Positions 1 through 11,180 are shown, counted from the first letter of the stretch. The stretch: DNA of 64,000 nucleotides from Coleofasciculus sp. B1-GNL1-01 (GCA_040220235.1 JAVJTO010000004.1), one strand, 5' to 3'. Notes: a model not told the origin generated them from the sequence alone. Numbers and translations: made by a program.

Positions 1-1
1 G

Positions 2-793
2 TTGCGACAACCGGCGATGACGCAGCAGTTGACAGGGGTGACGCATTATGTTAAGTCTCAGATTGCTGAAGCGACACCGGAAACAATTATCACCTGGATT
101 GATCGGGGTACGGGTCAAGTGGCAGATCGCTATTGGACACTTGATCCGATTGATGGGACAAAAGGTTATGTGCGGGGTGACAATTACGCGATCGCCTTAG
201 CGTTAATTGAAGACGGTGAGGTCAAACTGGGGGTGTTAGGATGTCCGGCGATTCCGATTCATCCCCAGCAACCGGATGGCGATCGCGGCGTTCTGTTTGT
301 CGGTGTCAAAGGACAAGGGACAACCCTCATCCCCCTCGCCGGAGGTCAACCTCAGACGATCCGTGTCAATGAATGCGATCGCATTGAGTCGCTGCGATTA
401 GTCAAAAGCGTAGAATCGTCTCATGGGAACCCCGAATTGGAAGCCGCTATCACTCAATCCCTAGGTTTTACAACCCCCTCCCTCCAGATTGATTCCATGG
501 TCAAATACGGCATTATTGCACGAGGGGAAGCCGATCTCTACATCCGTTTACCGTTTCCCCTGGAGTCCTCAAAACGGCAAAATATTTGGGATCATGCGGC
601 GGGTGTTGTGGTCTTGGAAGAAGCCGGGGGACGAGTCACCGATATGTATGGTAAACCCTTAGACTTTGCCTGTGGGACGAAGCTGTTCAACAATCAGGGG
701 ATTATTGCCAGTAACGGGGCGATTCATGATGCGGTGTTAGCCGCCGTAGCACAGGAGATTCAAGCCGCTAAGACATCCCAATCCACACCCTAG
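2..793 (+). CDS. 3'(2'),5'-bisphosphate nucleotidase / inositol monophosphatase family (HAL2-like), 5' end outside window
   Basis: WTLDPIDGTKGY, DSMVKY, IWDHAAG motifs of the FIG/IMPase superfamily. Confidence 0.85.
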   Translation: MRQPAMTQQLTGVTHYVKSQIAEATPETIITWIDRGTGQVADRYWTLDPIDGTKGYVRGDNYAIALALIEDGEVKLGVLGCPAIPIHPQQPDGDRGVLFVGVKGQGTTLIPLAGGQPQTIRVNECDRIESLRLVKSVESSHGNPELEAAITQSLGFTTPSLQIDSMVKYGIIARGEADLYIRLPFPLESSKRQNIWDHAAGVVVLEEAGGRVTDMYGKPLDFACGTKLFNNQGIIASNGAIHDAVLAAVAQEIQAAKTSQSTP

Positions 794-886
794 TCCAACC
801 AAAGAAGGCTCCCCTTATTTTGCCATTCACGATTTAATGTGTAATGATTACGGCGATCGGGTAGCTTGGCGAACACAAACACTGAA

Positions 887-982
887 ATATAGTAGTACTA
901 AGACAGGGCGTGGACATTCTGTACTGTTCCCTGTTTCCTCTTGGACTAACTGATGTCCTTTCCGTATCCCGTAGTGCTATAT
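887..982. repeat. MITE-like dispersed repeat with imperfect terminal inverted repeats
   Basis: ATATAG...CTATAT ends; its right half (925-980) recurs in inverted orientation at 50582-50640 (TACGGAAAGGACATCAGTTAGTCCAAGAG). Confidence 0.65.
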
Positions 983-1169
983 AGGTAAAACGTTCACCGA
1001 GCTACCCAGAATTTGGATACGACTTGGCATACTACAATTTAACGTGCGGAGTCTGGGGTTCAAGGTTAGCCTAACAGCAAGCCCTGTATTTCAGAGTAAT
1101 ATTGTTGTATTACTATTAGTTTTTTAAATTATCGTTATAATCAGAGTAAAATAATGTTGAAATGTTATA

Positions 1170-1331
1170 TACAGCGCTTTGCGCTGTAATAAAGTACAGT
1201 AGATCAAAGTCCCCCTTCAGATCCCCCTTCCGTCCCCCTTCAAAAGGGGGAAGCCAGAGGATGCTTCGCTTTTATTGCACGGGGATTTAGGGGGATCGAC
1301 AATGTACCGCATAGCAGAGCAAACTGCTGTA
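1170..1331. mobile_element. MITE-like element with ~29-bp imperfect TIRs, TA at both ends and an internal CCCCCTT-n-AAGGGGG hairpin
   Basis: TACAGCGCTTTGCGCTGTAATAAAGTACA vs reverse complement of right end TACAGCAGTTTGCTCTGCTATGCGGTACA. Confidence 0.65.
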
Positions 1332-1570
1332 ATACCCAATAAAACATCAGGGACATATCGGCAGCAACGTGAATTTTGACAGGGTGTCGATGAACATCAC
1401 GATTGCGCCAGTAACAGTAATCTGAGTCACAAGATTTTGCTAACTCTCTTTATAGCTGCAACTCCGCTTATCTAAAGCATCACAGGTTTTATAGGTGCAA
1501 ATCAGTGATCTTTATGTCACTATCAGGATAATAAATTCAGCCCCACACATCCTTAGATTTAGCCAGCGTC

Positions 1571-3085
1571 ATGAAAGCATCCCCCGCCATTTCCGGCAAA
1601 ACTATGCTAGATAAATTACTCAGCAACTTGATGAAAGTTCTCATTGAAAATGGTGGGGCGCAAACCGGATTTATTCTTTTAAATAAAACAGGAGAATGGG
1701 TAATTGAAGCGTCTGGCAAGGTTGATTCTGGCAACGTTACAGTTTTACAGTCCATTCCTATTGAGAAACATTTACCCACATCTATTATTCACTATGTCAC
1801 CCGTACTAAAGAAACTATTGTTGAGAAGGAAGCTGCACAACATGGAAACTTTACTCATGACCCCTATATCAAACTGAATTCAACTAAATCTATTTTATGT
1901 GCGCCACTGATCAATCAAGGTCAACTCAGTGGTATTGTCTATCTGGAAAATAATCTCACCACAGGCGCTTTTACTCCTGATAGATTAGAAATTATACAAC
2001 TCTTATCCGGGCAAGCTGCGATCGCCATGGATAATGCTCAACTCTACAACAACCTTGAACAAAAAGTCACCCAACGCACCCAGGAACTCGCCCAAGCCCT
2101 CGAAGAACTCAAAACAACCCAAGATGAACTGATTCAAAAAGAAAAAATGGCGGCATTGGGACAACTCATTGCAGGCATTGCCCATGAAATTAATACTCCT
2201 CTAGGAGCCATTCGATCCTCGGCTAGAACGATTGCTAAATTCCTCGACCAAACCCTAGAACAGTTACCCGCACTGCTTAAATCTCTCTCAACAGAAGACT
2301 CTGCTGTTTTCCTAGCGTTACTGCAACGCTCACTGCAACAGCAATCAACAGTTTCCACGAAAGAAGAGCGTAAGTTGAAGAGAACCCTAAGACGGGAACT
2401 GGAAAACTCAGACATTGCTGATGCCGATATCATTGCTGAGAAGCTAGTCATTATGGGAATTACAGATGAAATTGCCAGCTTGATGCCCTTGGTACAAAGA
2501 CCGGATAGTTGTCAAATCTTAGACGTTGCCTATAAACTGTCTGAACTCAAACGAGGTACTGCTACAATTAACACTTCCACCGACAGAGCCTCGAAAGTAG
2601 TATTTGCTCTGAAGACTTATTCTCGCTATGACCAGTCGGGAGAAAAGATAAGAGTGAAGCTGACTGAGGGGATTGAAACGGTTTTAGTTCTCTATCACAA
2701 TCAACTCAAACAGGGAGTTGAGGTTATCCGAAACTACGCCGAAATTCCACCTGTATCTTGTTATCCTGATGAATTAAATCAAGTGTGGACAAATCTGATC
2801 CATAATGCCTTACAAGCGATGGATAACCGGGGAACTTTAACCATTGATGTCACTCAAGAGAATCAACAGGCTAAGATTAGCATTACCGATAGTGGTTGTG
2901 GCATACCCGAAGAAATCAAAGGGAAAATATTTAATCCATTTTTTACCACGAAACCGACCGGAGAAGGAAGTGGCTTAGGACTTGATATTGTCAAGAAAAT
3001 CATTGATAAGCATGCGGGCAACCTGACTGTAGAAAGCCAGCCAGGTCAGACAACCTTCAATGTTTTTCTCCCCATGCAGTCTTAG
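1571..3085 (+). CDS. GAF-domain sensor histidine kinase (probable C-terminal remnant of a larger hybrid kinase)
   Basis: GAF (ILCAPLINQGQLSGIVYLENN), H-box AHEINTPL, N-box NQVWTNLIHNA, G1/F/G2 DSGCGI..FFTTKPTGEGSGLGL. Confidence 0.85.
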   Translation: MKASPAISGKTMLDKLLSNLMKVLIENGGAQTGFILLNKTGEWVIEASGKVDSGNVTVLQSIPIEKHLPTSIIHYVTRTKETIVEKEAAQHGNFTHDPYIKLNSTKSILCAPLINQGQLSGIVYLENNLTTGAFTPDRLEIIQLLSGQAAIAMDNAQLYNNLEQKVTQRTQELAQALEELKTTQDELIQKEKMAALGQLIAGIAHEINTPLGAIRSSARTIAKFLDQTLEQLPALLKSLSTEDSAVFLALLQRSLQQQSTVSTKEERKLKRTLRRELENSDIADADIIAEKLVIMGITDEIASLMPLVQRPDSCQILDVAYKLSELKRGTATINTSTDRASKVVFALKTYSRYDQSGEKIRVKLTEGIETVLVLYHNQLKQGVEVIRNYAEIPPVSCYPDELNQVWTNLIHNALQAMDNRGTLTIDVTQENQQAKISITDSGCGIPEEIKGKIFNPFFTTKPTGEGSGLGLDIVKKIIDKHAGNLTVESQPGQTTFNVFLPMQS

Positions 3086-3142
3086 CCGTAACCCAGGACT
3101 GACAATCAAGACGAATAACCAATGACTAAGGACGAATGACCA

Positions 3143-3544
3143 ATGAGTAAACCCATTATTTTATGTGTTGACGACGAAAAAGACATTTTACAGAGTCTGA
3201 GAACGCAAATCATGGAGGCATTTGGCAATGCCTACGGCTACGAAGTGGCGGAAGATGCGGATGAGGCTTTAGAAGTCATCGATGAACTCATCGAGGATGA
3301 AATGCAAATTATTATTATTGTCTCGGATTGGTTAATGCCTGGGATGAAAGGAGATGAGTTTCTAATTAAAGTGCATCAGCAATTTCCTAACGTAGTTAAA
3401 ATTATGCTCACGGGTCAAGCCGATGAAGTTGCCATTCAACGAGCCAAAGAGCAAGCCAACCTCCATTGCTGCTTATTTAAGCCTTGGTCTGAACCTGAAT
3501 TAATAGAAATCCTAAAATCCGGTTTAGCCCAACTTGACTCATAA
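3143..3544 (+). CDS. Single-domain response regulator (REC)
   Basis: ILCVDDE, SDWLMPGMKG, MLTG, KPW. Confidence 0.92.
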   Translation: MSKPIILCVDDEKDILQSLRTQIMEAFGNAYGYEVAEDADEALEVIDELIEDEMQIIIIVSDWLMPGMKGDEFLIKVHQQFPNVVKIMLTGQADEVAIQRAKEQANLHCCLFKPWSEPELIEILKSGLAQLDS

Positions 3545-3580
3545 GACGGTCAGGATGAAATTAACCCACGAAAAATGATC

Positions 3581-3727
3581 TAAGTAGGTTAGTGGAAATA
3601 AACTCAACCTTATGAAGTTATGTTAACAAGCCTCAAACCCTTACAAATGACACATGACGAATGACGTAGCTTGCTTCTCGCGAAAGCGAATTCCCCACCG
3701 TTAACTTTAATTGTCCCCGCCTACTTA
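3581..3727. mobile_element. TAAGTAGG...CCTACTTA MITE-like element containing degenerate AATGAC heptamers
   Basis: Perfect 8-bp TIR; related left ends at 6564, 16720, 34580 and (minus strand) ~62059. Confidence 0.7.
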
Positions 3728-6435
3728 TGAGCTATGGTTCTATTATTAATAAACTTCCCTTACGGATAGTTCTTATTGTACCCTTTGTACTGCAAATTCT
3801 TGGTGCAGTAGGATTGGTGGGTTATTTGTCTTTTAAAAATGGACAAAAATCAGTGAACAATTTAGCGAATCAATTAATGGAAAAAAGCAATGATCATATT
3901 AAAGACAATATTTCCGATCACTTAAGCTTACCTCATAAAATTAATGAAGCCAATAAAACATTGCTAAACTTAAAAACTTTCGATTTAGAAAATACTCAAA
4001 AAATAGAGCAATATTTTTTACGACAATTACAAATTTTTGACAATGTTACCAGTATAGTATTTGGCAGCCAAGCCAAAGATTTTATTGGAGTAGAATTACG
4101 AAATAATGAACAATTAGTAGTGATGAAGTCAAATCCTGCTACTAATTATAACTTACATACCTATGAGGTGAATAAAAGAGGAGAATACATCCAAAAAATC
4201 AGTATTAGTAAAGATTATAACCCAACAATTAGACCTTGGTATACAAAACCAGTAGAAGCAAAAGCCGAAGTTTGGAGTGATATTTTTCCTCAATTAGATA
4301 CAAAAGGGTTAACCTTAGCAGCCGTACAACCCGTTTATGATACTCAGGGCAATATTCAAGGCGTTATTAATAGTAGTTTTTATTTGACGGCTATTAGTAA
4401 TTTTTTACAACAATTAAAAATTGGCAAGACGGGTCAGAGTTTTATTATTGATGAATCAGGCTATTTGGTTGCCACCTCTACTTTAGAACAGTTAGCAAAA
4501 GCTCAAAATGATCAACTAGAAAGAGTATTGGCTATTAATAGTCAAGATACAATCACTCAAGAAACTGCTTTATATATCTCAAATAGGTTATTAAATGACA
4601 ATCCCACGATCAATGGTTTAATTGTTAAAACTATAGTTATTAACAACCAAAAATATTTCCTACAAGTCAGTCCTTATCGAGATGAATTTGGATTGAACTG
4701 GTTTGTCGTAGTCGTGGTCGCTGAGTCGGATTTCTTAAAAGAAATCAATGCGAGTAAACGTCAAACAATTTTTCTTTGTATCTTAGCCTTAATCTTGGCA
4801 ACCGTGATTGGATTTATTTCTACACTTTGGGTAACCAAACCGATCATTCAACTCAACCAAAGCTCCCAAAAAATTGCTCAAGGAGAATTTAATCAAACGG
4901 TCACGATTAACCGAGAAGATGAACTCGGTCAATTGGCACATTCGTTTAATAAAATGGCGTCTCAATTACAAGATTATTTTCAAACCTTGGAAGAAAACGA
5001 AAATCGGTTAAGACAATTCCTGGAAGCTATACCTGTAGGAGTTGCCGTTCATGAAACTAATGGTCAGATATGTTATTTGAACCAGACGGGACAAAAATTA
5101 TTAGGAATTTCCTCTCATTTAGAAGCCAAAAAAGAGGAACTCAGTCAAGCGTATAAAATTTATCAAGCCAATACCAATCAACTGTACCCGATAGACGCTC
5201 TACCTATTGTTAATGCATTACAAGGAAAAACGGTTTATCTTGATGATTTAGAACTCCATCAACCCGATAGAATCCTCCCCTTAGAAATTTACACAACACC
5301 TATTTTCGATGAACAGGGTAAAATTATTTATGCGATTGCTGCCTTTCAAGACATTACCAAGCGTAAACAAGCCGAGAAGCTTCTAGCCGACTATAATCGC
5401 ACCTTAGAAACTCAGGTTACTGAACGAACCCAGGAACTCGCCCAAGCCCTCGAAGAACTCAAAACCACTCAATATGAACTAATCCAAAAAGAAAAAATGG
5501 CAGCTTTAGGACAACTTATTGCAGGCGTTGCCCATGAAATTAATACTCCTCTCGGAGCCATTCGTTCCTCTGCCGGAAATATTGCCAAATTCCTAGACCA
5601 AACCCTAAATCACTTACCCACACTGTTTCAATCCCTCTCTACAGAAGACGCCGCTATTTTCCTGGCTTTACTACAACGCTCACTACAACACCAATCAATT
5701 TTCTCTACGAAAGAAGAGCGGAAATTTAAGAGAGCCTTAAGACGGGAACTGGAAAACTTGGATATTGCTGATGCCGATATTATTGCCGAGAGGCTGGTGA
5801 TTATGGGGATTGCTGACGAGATTGTACCCTTCATCCCTCTGCTAAAAAGACCGGACAGTTTGCAAATCTTAGAACTCGCCTATAAACTTTCCGAACTCAA
5901 ACGAGGTACCGCTACCATTAATACCTCCACAGAACGAGCCGCGAAAGTGGTATTTGCGCTGAAAACCTATTCTCGTTATGACCAGTCGGGAGAAAAGATA
6001 ATAGTCAACCTGACTGAGGGGATTGAAACCGTTTTAACTCTCTATCACAATCAACTCAAACAAGGGGTTAAAGTGATCCGAAACTATGCCGAAATTCCAC
6101 CTGTACCCTGTTATCCCGATGAACTGAATCAGGTGTGGATAAATTTGATCCATAATGCTTTACAAGCGATGAATAACCGGGGAACCTTAACCATTGATGT
6201 CACGCCAGAGAACCAGCAAGTGAAGATTAGCATTATCGATAGTGGTTGTGGCATACCCGAAGAAATCCAAGGAAAAATATTTGAGCCATTTTTCACAACT
6301 AAACCGGCTGGAGAAGGGAGTGGCTTAGGACTGGATATTGTCAAAAAAATCATTGAAAAACATTTGGGTAACATAACTGTAGAAAGTCAACCTGGTCGAA
6401 CGAAATTTAGTGTTTGTATTCCTCTTGAATTCTAG
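3727..6435 (+). CDS. Membrane sensor histidine kinase (TM-Cache-TM-HAMP-PAS-HisKA-HATPase)
   Basis: LRIVLIVPFVLQI TM, YNPTIRPWY Cache motif, REDELGQLAHSFNKM HAMP, PAS, AHEINTPL, GEGSGLGL. Confidence 0.92.
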   Translation: MSYGSIINKLPLRIVLIVPFVLQILGAVGLVGYLSFKNGQKSVNNLANQLMEKSNDHIKDNISDHLSLPHKINEANKTLLNLKTFDLENTQKIEQYFLRQLQIFDNVTSIVFGSQAKDFIGVELRNNEQLVVMKSNPATNYNLHTYEVNKRGEYIQKISISKDYNPTIRPWYTKPVEAKAEVWSDIFPQLDTKGLTLAAVQPVYDTQGNIQGVINSSFYLTAISNFLQQLKIGKTGQSFIIDESGYLVATSTLEQLAKAQNDQLERVLAINSQDTITQETALYISNRLLNDNPTINGLIVKTIVINNQKYFLQVSPYRDEFGLNWFVVVVVAESDFLKEINASKRQTIFLCILALILATVIGFISTLWVTKPIIQLNQSSQKIAQGEFNQTVTINREDELGQLAHSFNKMASQLQDYFQTLEENENRLRQFLEAIPVGVAVHETNGQICYLNQTGQKLLGISSHLEAKKEELSQAYKIYQANTNQLYPIDALPIVNALQGKTVYLDDLELHQPDRILPLEIYTTPIFDEQGKIIYAIAAFQDITKRKQAEKLLADYNRTLETQVTERTQELAQALEELKTTQYELIQKEKMAALGQLIAGVAHEINTPLGAIRSSAGNIAKFLDQTLNHLPTLFQSLSTEDAAIFLALLQRSLQHQSIFSTKEERKFKRALRRELENLDIADADIIAERLVIMGIADEIVPFIPLLKRPDSLQILELAYKLSELKRGTATINTSTERAAKVVFALKTYSRYDQSGEKIIVNLTEGIETVLTLYHNQLKQGVKVIRNYAEIPPVPCYPDELNQVWINLIHNALQAMNNRGTLTIDVTPENQQVKISIIDSGCGIPEEIQGKIFEPFFTTKPAGEGSGLGLDIVKKIIEKHLGNITVESQPGRTKFSVCIPLEF

Positions 6436-6696
6436 CGGTAAGACTGAATTCTCTATAGAAATAAGGTTAGACATGAAACCCCATTAGTTTATGTGTTTAT
6501 AACGATAAATATATTTTATACCAAGCACGCTTATACTAGAATATTAACCCTATAATAGTCAACTAAGTAGTCGGACAAAAGCAAATAATATTGTATTAGT
6601 TTTTGTAAATAGTCCTCAACCCCTTACCAAGGAAAAAGGACATAGCTTGCTTCTCGATGAAAGCGAGTATGACCAATAACAAACGATTAATGACAA

Positions 6697-8409
6697 ATGA
6701 TAAACAAAAAACCAGTCATTATCTGTGTTGATGATGAAGCCAATATACTCAAAAGCCTCAGGACAGAACTTCAAGAGGCGATAAGTAACGAGTATCTGAT
6801 TGAAATTGCTGAAGGTGGAGAAGAAGCATTAGAGTTAATTGAAGAATTGTTAGAGGATGGTTATGAAGTTCCTTTAATTATTTCCGACCATATTATGCCA
6901 GATATGAAGGGAGATGAGTTATTAAAGCACGTTCATGTCCTTTCTCCCAAAACCCTCAAAATTATGCTGACTGGACAAGCTGATTTAGAAGCCGTGGGAC
7001 GGGCAATTAAGTATGCAAAATTATATCGTTATATTGCCAAACCTTGGGAAACGGAAGACCTAAAATTAACAGTTGTAGAAGCCGTAAATAGTTATCTTCA
7101 AGATAAACAACTCGCTCAAAAAAATATCGAACTCCAGCGTTTGAATCAGGAGTTAGCTGAATCGGTTAAGTTACTCAGTGCTAGTGAACGCAAATTTCGG
7201 GCAATTTTTAATCATACCTTTCAGTTTACTGGAATGCTCTCGGTTGAGGGCATTCTCTTAGAAACTAATCAAACCGCCTTAGATTTTAGCGGATTGCAGT
7301 TAGAAGACGTGGTGGGAAAACCATTCTGGGACTGTTACTGGTGGACAGTTTCCCCCGAAACCCAAGCTCAGGTCAAAGGGTCATTTGAAAAAGCGGTTGG
7401 CGGTGAATTTATCCGCTATGAAATCGATATCTTGGGCGCTGACAAACGTACTGCGACGATTGATTTCTCAATGAAGCCAATTTTTAATGACAGCGGTATC
7501 GTTGAATATCTAATTGTTGAAGGTCGAGATATTAGCGATGTCTATCGGGAACTGCACTTACGCCAAAAAGTTGAAGCGGAACTGATTCAACTCAACGAAG
7601 CTTTATCCCGCTTTGTCCCCCGTCAATTTCTCCAGCTTTTAGAGAAAGACAGTATTATTGATATCCAATTAGGCGATGAAGTGGAGCAGGAGATGTCGGT
7701 TTTATTTTCCGATATCCGCGACTTTACCACCCTGTCGGAAACGATGACGCCTGAGGAGAATTTTAAGTTTATTAACGCTTATCTCTCCCAGATGGAACCC
7801 GCGATTATTGAGCATCAGGGATTTATTGATAAATACATGGGGGATGGGATTATGGCGTTATTTAGTGGCAGTGCTGATCATGCCCTCCACGCTGGAATTT
7901 CTATGTTACAACGGTTAGCTAAGTATAATCAAAATCGGGTGAAGTCGGGATATCTACCCTTGGAAATTGGCATCGGCATAAACACGGGTTCTTTAATGCT
8001 AGGGACGGTTGGTGGACGACACCGGATGGATAGTACGGTCATTAGTGATCATGTCAATTTAGCCTCCCGGCTGGAAAATCTAACCAAAAAGTATGGCGTA
8101 TGCCTGTTAATGACCCATTACACATTTGCACGTTTACAAAACCCCACCGAGTATCATATTCGTTTTATTGAGCAGGTAAAAGTCAAGGGAAAATCAAAAG
8201 CTGTGGCAGTTTTTGAAGTCTTTGACAGCGATGAGCCTCAGATCAAACAGAGTAAGTTAGTGACGAAGACAATGTTTGAACAGGGAGTGTTTTTGTACTA
8301 TCAGCAACAAATACAACAAGCGGCTCAACACTTTGCTGAAGTGGTGAAGATTAATCCAACCGATACCGTTGCTCAACTCTATCTGATGCGCTGTCAGTCT
8401 GATCAGTAG
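6697..8409 (+). CDS. REC-PAS-class III adenylate cyclase
   Basis: REC N-terminus; VLFSDIRDFT, IDKYMGDGIMALF, GIGINTG, DHVNLASRLE. Confidence 0.9.
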   Translation: MINKKPVIICVDDEANILKSLRTELQEAISNEYLIEIAEGGEEALELIEELLEDGYEVPLIISDHIMPDMKGDELLKHVHVLSPKTLKIMLTGQADLEAVGRAIKYAKLYRYIAKPWETEDLKLTVVEAVNSYLQDKQLAQKNIELQRLNQELAESVKLLSASERKFRAIFNHTFQFTGMLSVEGILLETNQTALDFSGLQLEDVVGKPFWDCYWWTVSPETQAQVKGSFEKAVGGEFIRYEIDILGADKRTATIDFSMKPIFNDSGIVEYLIVEGRDISDVYRELHLRQKVEAELIQLNEALSRFVPRQFLQLLEKDSIIDIQLGDEVEQEMSVLFSDIRDFTTLSETMTPEENFKFINAYLSQMEPAIIEHQGFIDKYMGDGIMALFSGSADHALHAGISMLQRLAKYNQNRVKSGYLPLEIGIGINTGSLMLGTVGGRHRMDSTVISDHVNLASRLENLTKKYGVCLLMTHYTFARLQNPTEYHIRFIEQVKVKGKSKAVAVFEVFDSDEPQIKQSKLVTKTMFEQGVFLYYQQQIQQAAQHFAEVVKINPTDTVAQLYLMRCQSDQ

Positions 8410-8551
8410 GGGCTTTTGTTGTCCCCTTTGAGATGGGTCTATTCATGTTATCCCTAAATCTGCCCCTACATCTAGGTTGGGATCAGGGCGGGTTTTGTTG
8501 TGCAGTTTGAGGTTGGTCAATTCATTTTATCCCTAAACCCGCCCCTACATC
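8406..8551. repeat. Two tandem REP/SDR-like palindromic units (AGGGCGGGTT...AACCCGCCCCTAC family) between convergent genes
   Basis: ATCCCTAAA(T/C)C(T/C)GCCCCTACATCT occurs twice about 80 bp apart. Confidence 0.55.
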
Positions 8552-8645
8552 TGATGTCTTTTTTGATCAAGGGATTTCTACTTTAATGTCTTCTCCCAGA
8601 CGTGCCATGGCACATCTCTACATGGTTCCCCCATCCCTTACTACC

Positions 8646-10625
8646 CTAACGCCCCAATCTTTCCCTGGCTTTCTCACGCAAGTCGGCAGCTTTTTCATGA
8701 TCCGGTTCCAGTTGCAGGGCTTTATCCAGAGACGGAATCGCTTCCGTGGTGCGCCCTAATGCCATCAGCGCTTCACCGCGAGTTGCCCAAGCATCGGCGG
8801 AGTTCCGTTCCAGTTCAATCGCCTGATCTAACGCTTGAACCGCCTCAGCGGAACGTCCCACCCCTTGCAGTGCTATGCCATAGCGAATCCAGCCTCGGGC
8901 AAAATCGGGATAGTATTTCGTTACCCGTCCATACAGTTGCAGGGCGTCGATGATCTGGTTTTGTTGCCGTAGGGCATCGGCTTTGCTGACTAAGGCGTCG
9001 GCATAATCGGATTGGTACGCGAGGGCGTCATTACAGGCGACTAGGGCTTGTTCGGGTTGTCCCAGTTGATTGAGGCTGTAGCACCGTCCCCAATAAGCAG
9101 GGGCGAAGTCGGATTGCAGTTCGATCGCCTGATCATAAACTAGGATCGCTTTCTCGTATTCTCCGGCTTGTCTTAAGTCTTCGGCTTCAGCGAGTAAGGA
9201 TTCAGCCGTGGGTTCGGGGGTTGGGGAGGGAGAAGGAGAAGGAGAAGGAGTTGGGCTAGGGCTTTCAGCGGGGACATCCTCAATTTGAGACTGATGATTC
9301 AATTGAGAGGGGAGTAGAATCAGGGTGACGGTAACCGTCGAACTAACCACGATCGCGATCGTGGCAATTGTCCAGGGCTGCATCAACCATTGCCGAAATC
9401 CGTGGCTTCTACTGGCTGTTGACACCGTTGCGGTGGGTTCAAAGTCCTGAGGTTGACTTAGGGATACGGTAGCATCAGTCCGCCCCGGGGTGGGCTGAGA
9501 GGTTTGGGTGCGTCCGGTGTCTTGGGTTTGACTCGAGGATGATTCGCTATTCGACTCCTCGACTTCAATCAGCGTCGATTCCGTTGGTGTCGCCTCCCAC
9601 GCCTGAGTCTCGGCGGAATCAGCGGCTAAATTTTGACTCTCCTGATCCGTCGGCGCTTGGGGATCAACCAGGGGCGGCAATTCACACTCAGGGACTAACG
9701 GTTGGGGCGGTGACGCCGACTCCAATAATGGCGCGGGTAAATTCTGGAAGGCTAACAGGGTTTCTTCTGCGGTTGCATAGCGATCGCGAAAGTCATAGCG
9801 CACCATCTTATCCAAAATTTCCCCAAATTCTGGACTAATCTGCTTAGCATATTTGCGCCAGTTGAGTTCACCCGTATCGGAGTCTTCTTTAATATGTTTG
9901 GGATGAATTCCCGTTAATAATTGAATCCCAATAATCCCCACCGCATAAACATCACTACTATAGCGAGGTTTTCCTGCCAGTTGTTCATTGGGCATATATC
10001 CCTTAGTGCCGATAGAAATCGTCACATTGGTCAGCCCTGTTTCCGGATTCAGCGACTCACATCTAACCTGTTTCACCGCCCCAAAATCAATCAGCACAAT
10101 TCTGCCATCAGCGGCGCGGCGAATCAAATTGGCTGGCTTGATATCCCGGTGGATCACATTTTGTTGATGGACAAATGTTAGTACCTGCAATATATCTTGC
10201 AGGAGGGATAGAACTTTTTCCTGTGACCACGTCAGATGAGAGTCTATCTCTTTACTTAAAGGTTGTCCTTGAATATATTCCTGAGCCAGATAAAATTCCT
10301 GATTTTCCTCAAAATGAGCCAAAAGCCGGGGAATCTGCTCATGATTACCCAGTCGATAGAGGACTTGAGCTTCCGTTTGGAAGAGGCGTCTCGCTGTTTG
10401 CAGCCCCTCCTCATCATCATCGCTCACTTGAGGTTTTAATTTTTTAACCACGCATTGGGGATGACCGGGCAAATGCATATCCCGCGCTAAGAAGGTTTGA
10501 CCAAACCCTCCGACCCCTAGCTTTTCGATAACGTGATAGCGCCCGCCTAGAGGTTTATTGTCCCAAGCGTCTTGAGAACCCGACACCATCGTTTTTGTCA
10601 GCGCCCCTGTTGAATTTTTCTTCAT
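8646..10625 (-). CDS. Membrane Ser/Thr protein kinase with C-terminal TPRs (start uncertain)
   Basis: LGVGGFGQTF, VVKKLK, IHRDIKPANL, IDFGAVK; TM segment; TPR repeats. Confidence 0.92.
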   Translation of the reverse strand: MKKNSTGALTKTMVSGSQDAWDNKPLGGRYHVIEKLGVGGFGQTFLARDMHLPGHPQCVVKKLKPQVSDDDEEGLQTARRLFQTEAQVLYRLGNHEQIPRLLAHFEENQEFYLAQEYIQGQPLSKEIDSHLTWSQEKVLSLLQDILQVLTFVHQQNVIHRDIKPANLIRRAADGRIVLIDFGAVKQVRCESLNPETGLTNVTISIGTKGYMPNEQLAGKPRYSSDVYAVGIIGIQLLTGIHPKHIKEDSDTGELNWRKYAKQISPEFGEILDKMVRYDFRDRYATAEETLLAFQNLPAPLLESASPPQPLVPECELPPLVDPQAPTDQESQNLAADSAETQAWEATPTESTLIEVEESNSESSSSQTQDTGRTQTSQPTPGRTDATVSLSQPQDFEPTATVSTASRSHGFRQWLMQPWTIATIAIVVSSTVTVTLILLPSQLNHQSQIEDVPAESPSPTPSPSPSPSPTPEPTAESLLAEAEDLRQAGEYEKAILVYDQAIELQSDFAPAYWGRCYSLNQLGQPEQALVACNDALAYQSDYADALVSKADALRQQNQIIDALQLYGRVTKYYPDFARGWIRYGIALQGVGRSAEAVQALDQAIELERNSADAWATRGEALMALGRTTEAIPSLDKALQLEPDHEKAADLREKARERLGR

Positions 10626-11180
10626 CACTAGACACGTCCAGAAATTACACGTCAACCCACGATTCAAAGGGTCTTTGACTAATTTTTAGACAAGTCTAAT
10701 TAACCATCGCATTGAAAACAGCACCCCACTAACTTGTCTTATTCTTTCTCTGGCAATCCACCCTGAGTTCATTGTTTATTTTTTCCAAGATAGTCGCTAA
10801 TTCACCGACAGGAAGTTTACCGACGAATCAGTTATTCTTGTTTCTTTTCAAAAATAACCTTGACCGATAACTGTCGTTCGATCAGTTTGAGGTCTTTTAA
10901 CTCTGGCTTACCCGACACGTTTCTGGAAACACTGCACCTTAGAGTCGGCTCACCTGACTCCAGGGAACCAGATGCCTACCATGTTAATTATAGAGGCGAT
11001 ACTCACTCTCTAACAAAAAAGCGCTTAAAATGAGGACATTCAAGTGTAAATTGACCAACGGCGCAAAGAAGCTGAACCTCTGATGACCAAAGACTTTTGT
11101 CTGTTTTGTCTAGTCATCAACGCTGAGGTGTAATTGAATTATTTGCTCTACTGTTCGCATTTGGGGCATCATTTTTATCT

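Noticed and set aside
10670..11180. Pho box upstream of phoD
   Set aside because: No convincing repeated cyanobacterial Pho-box motif seen by eye
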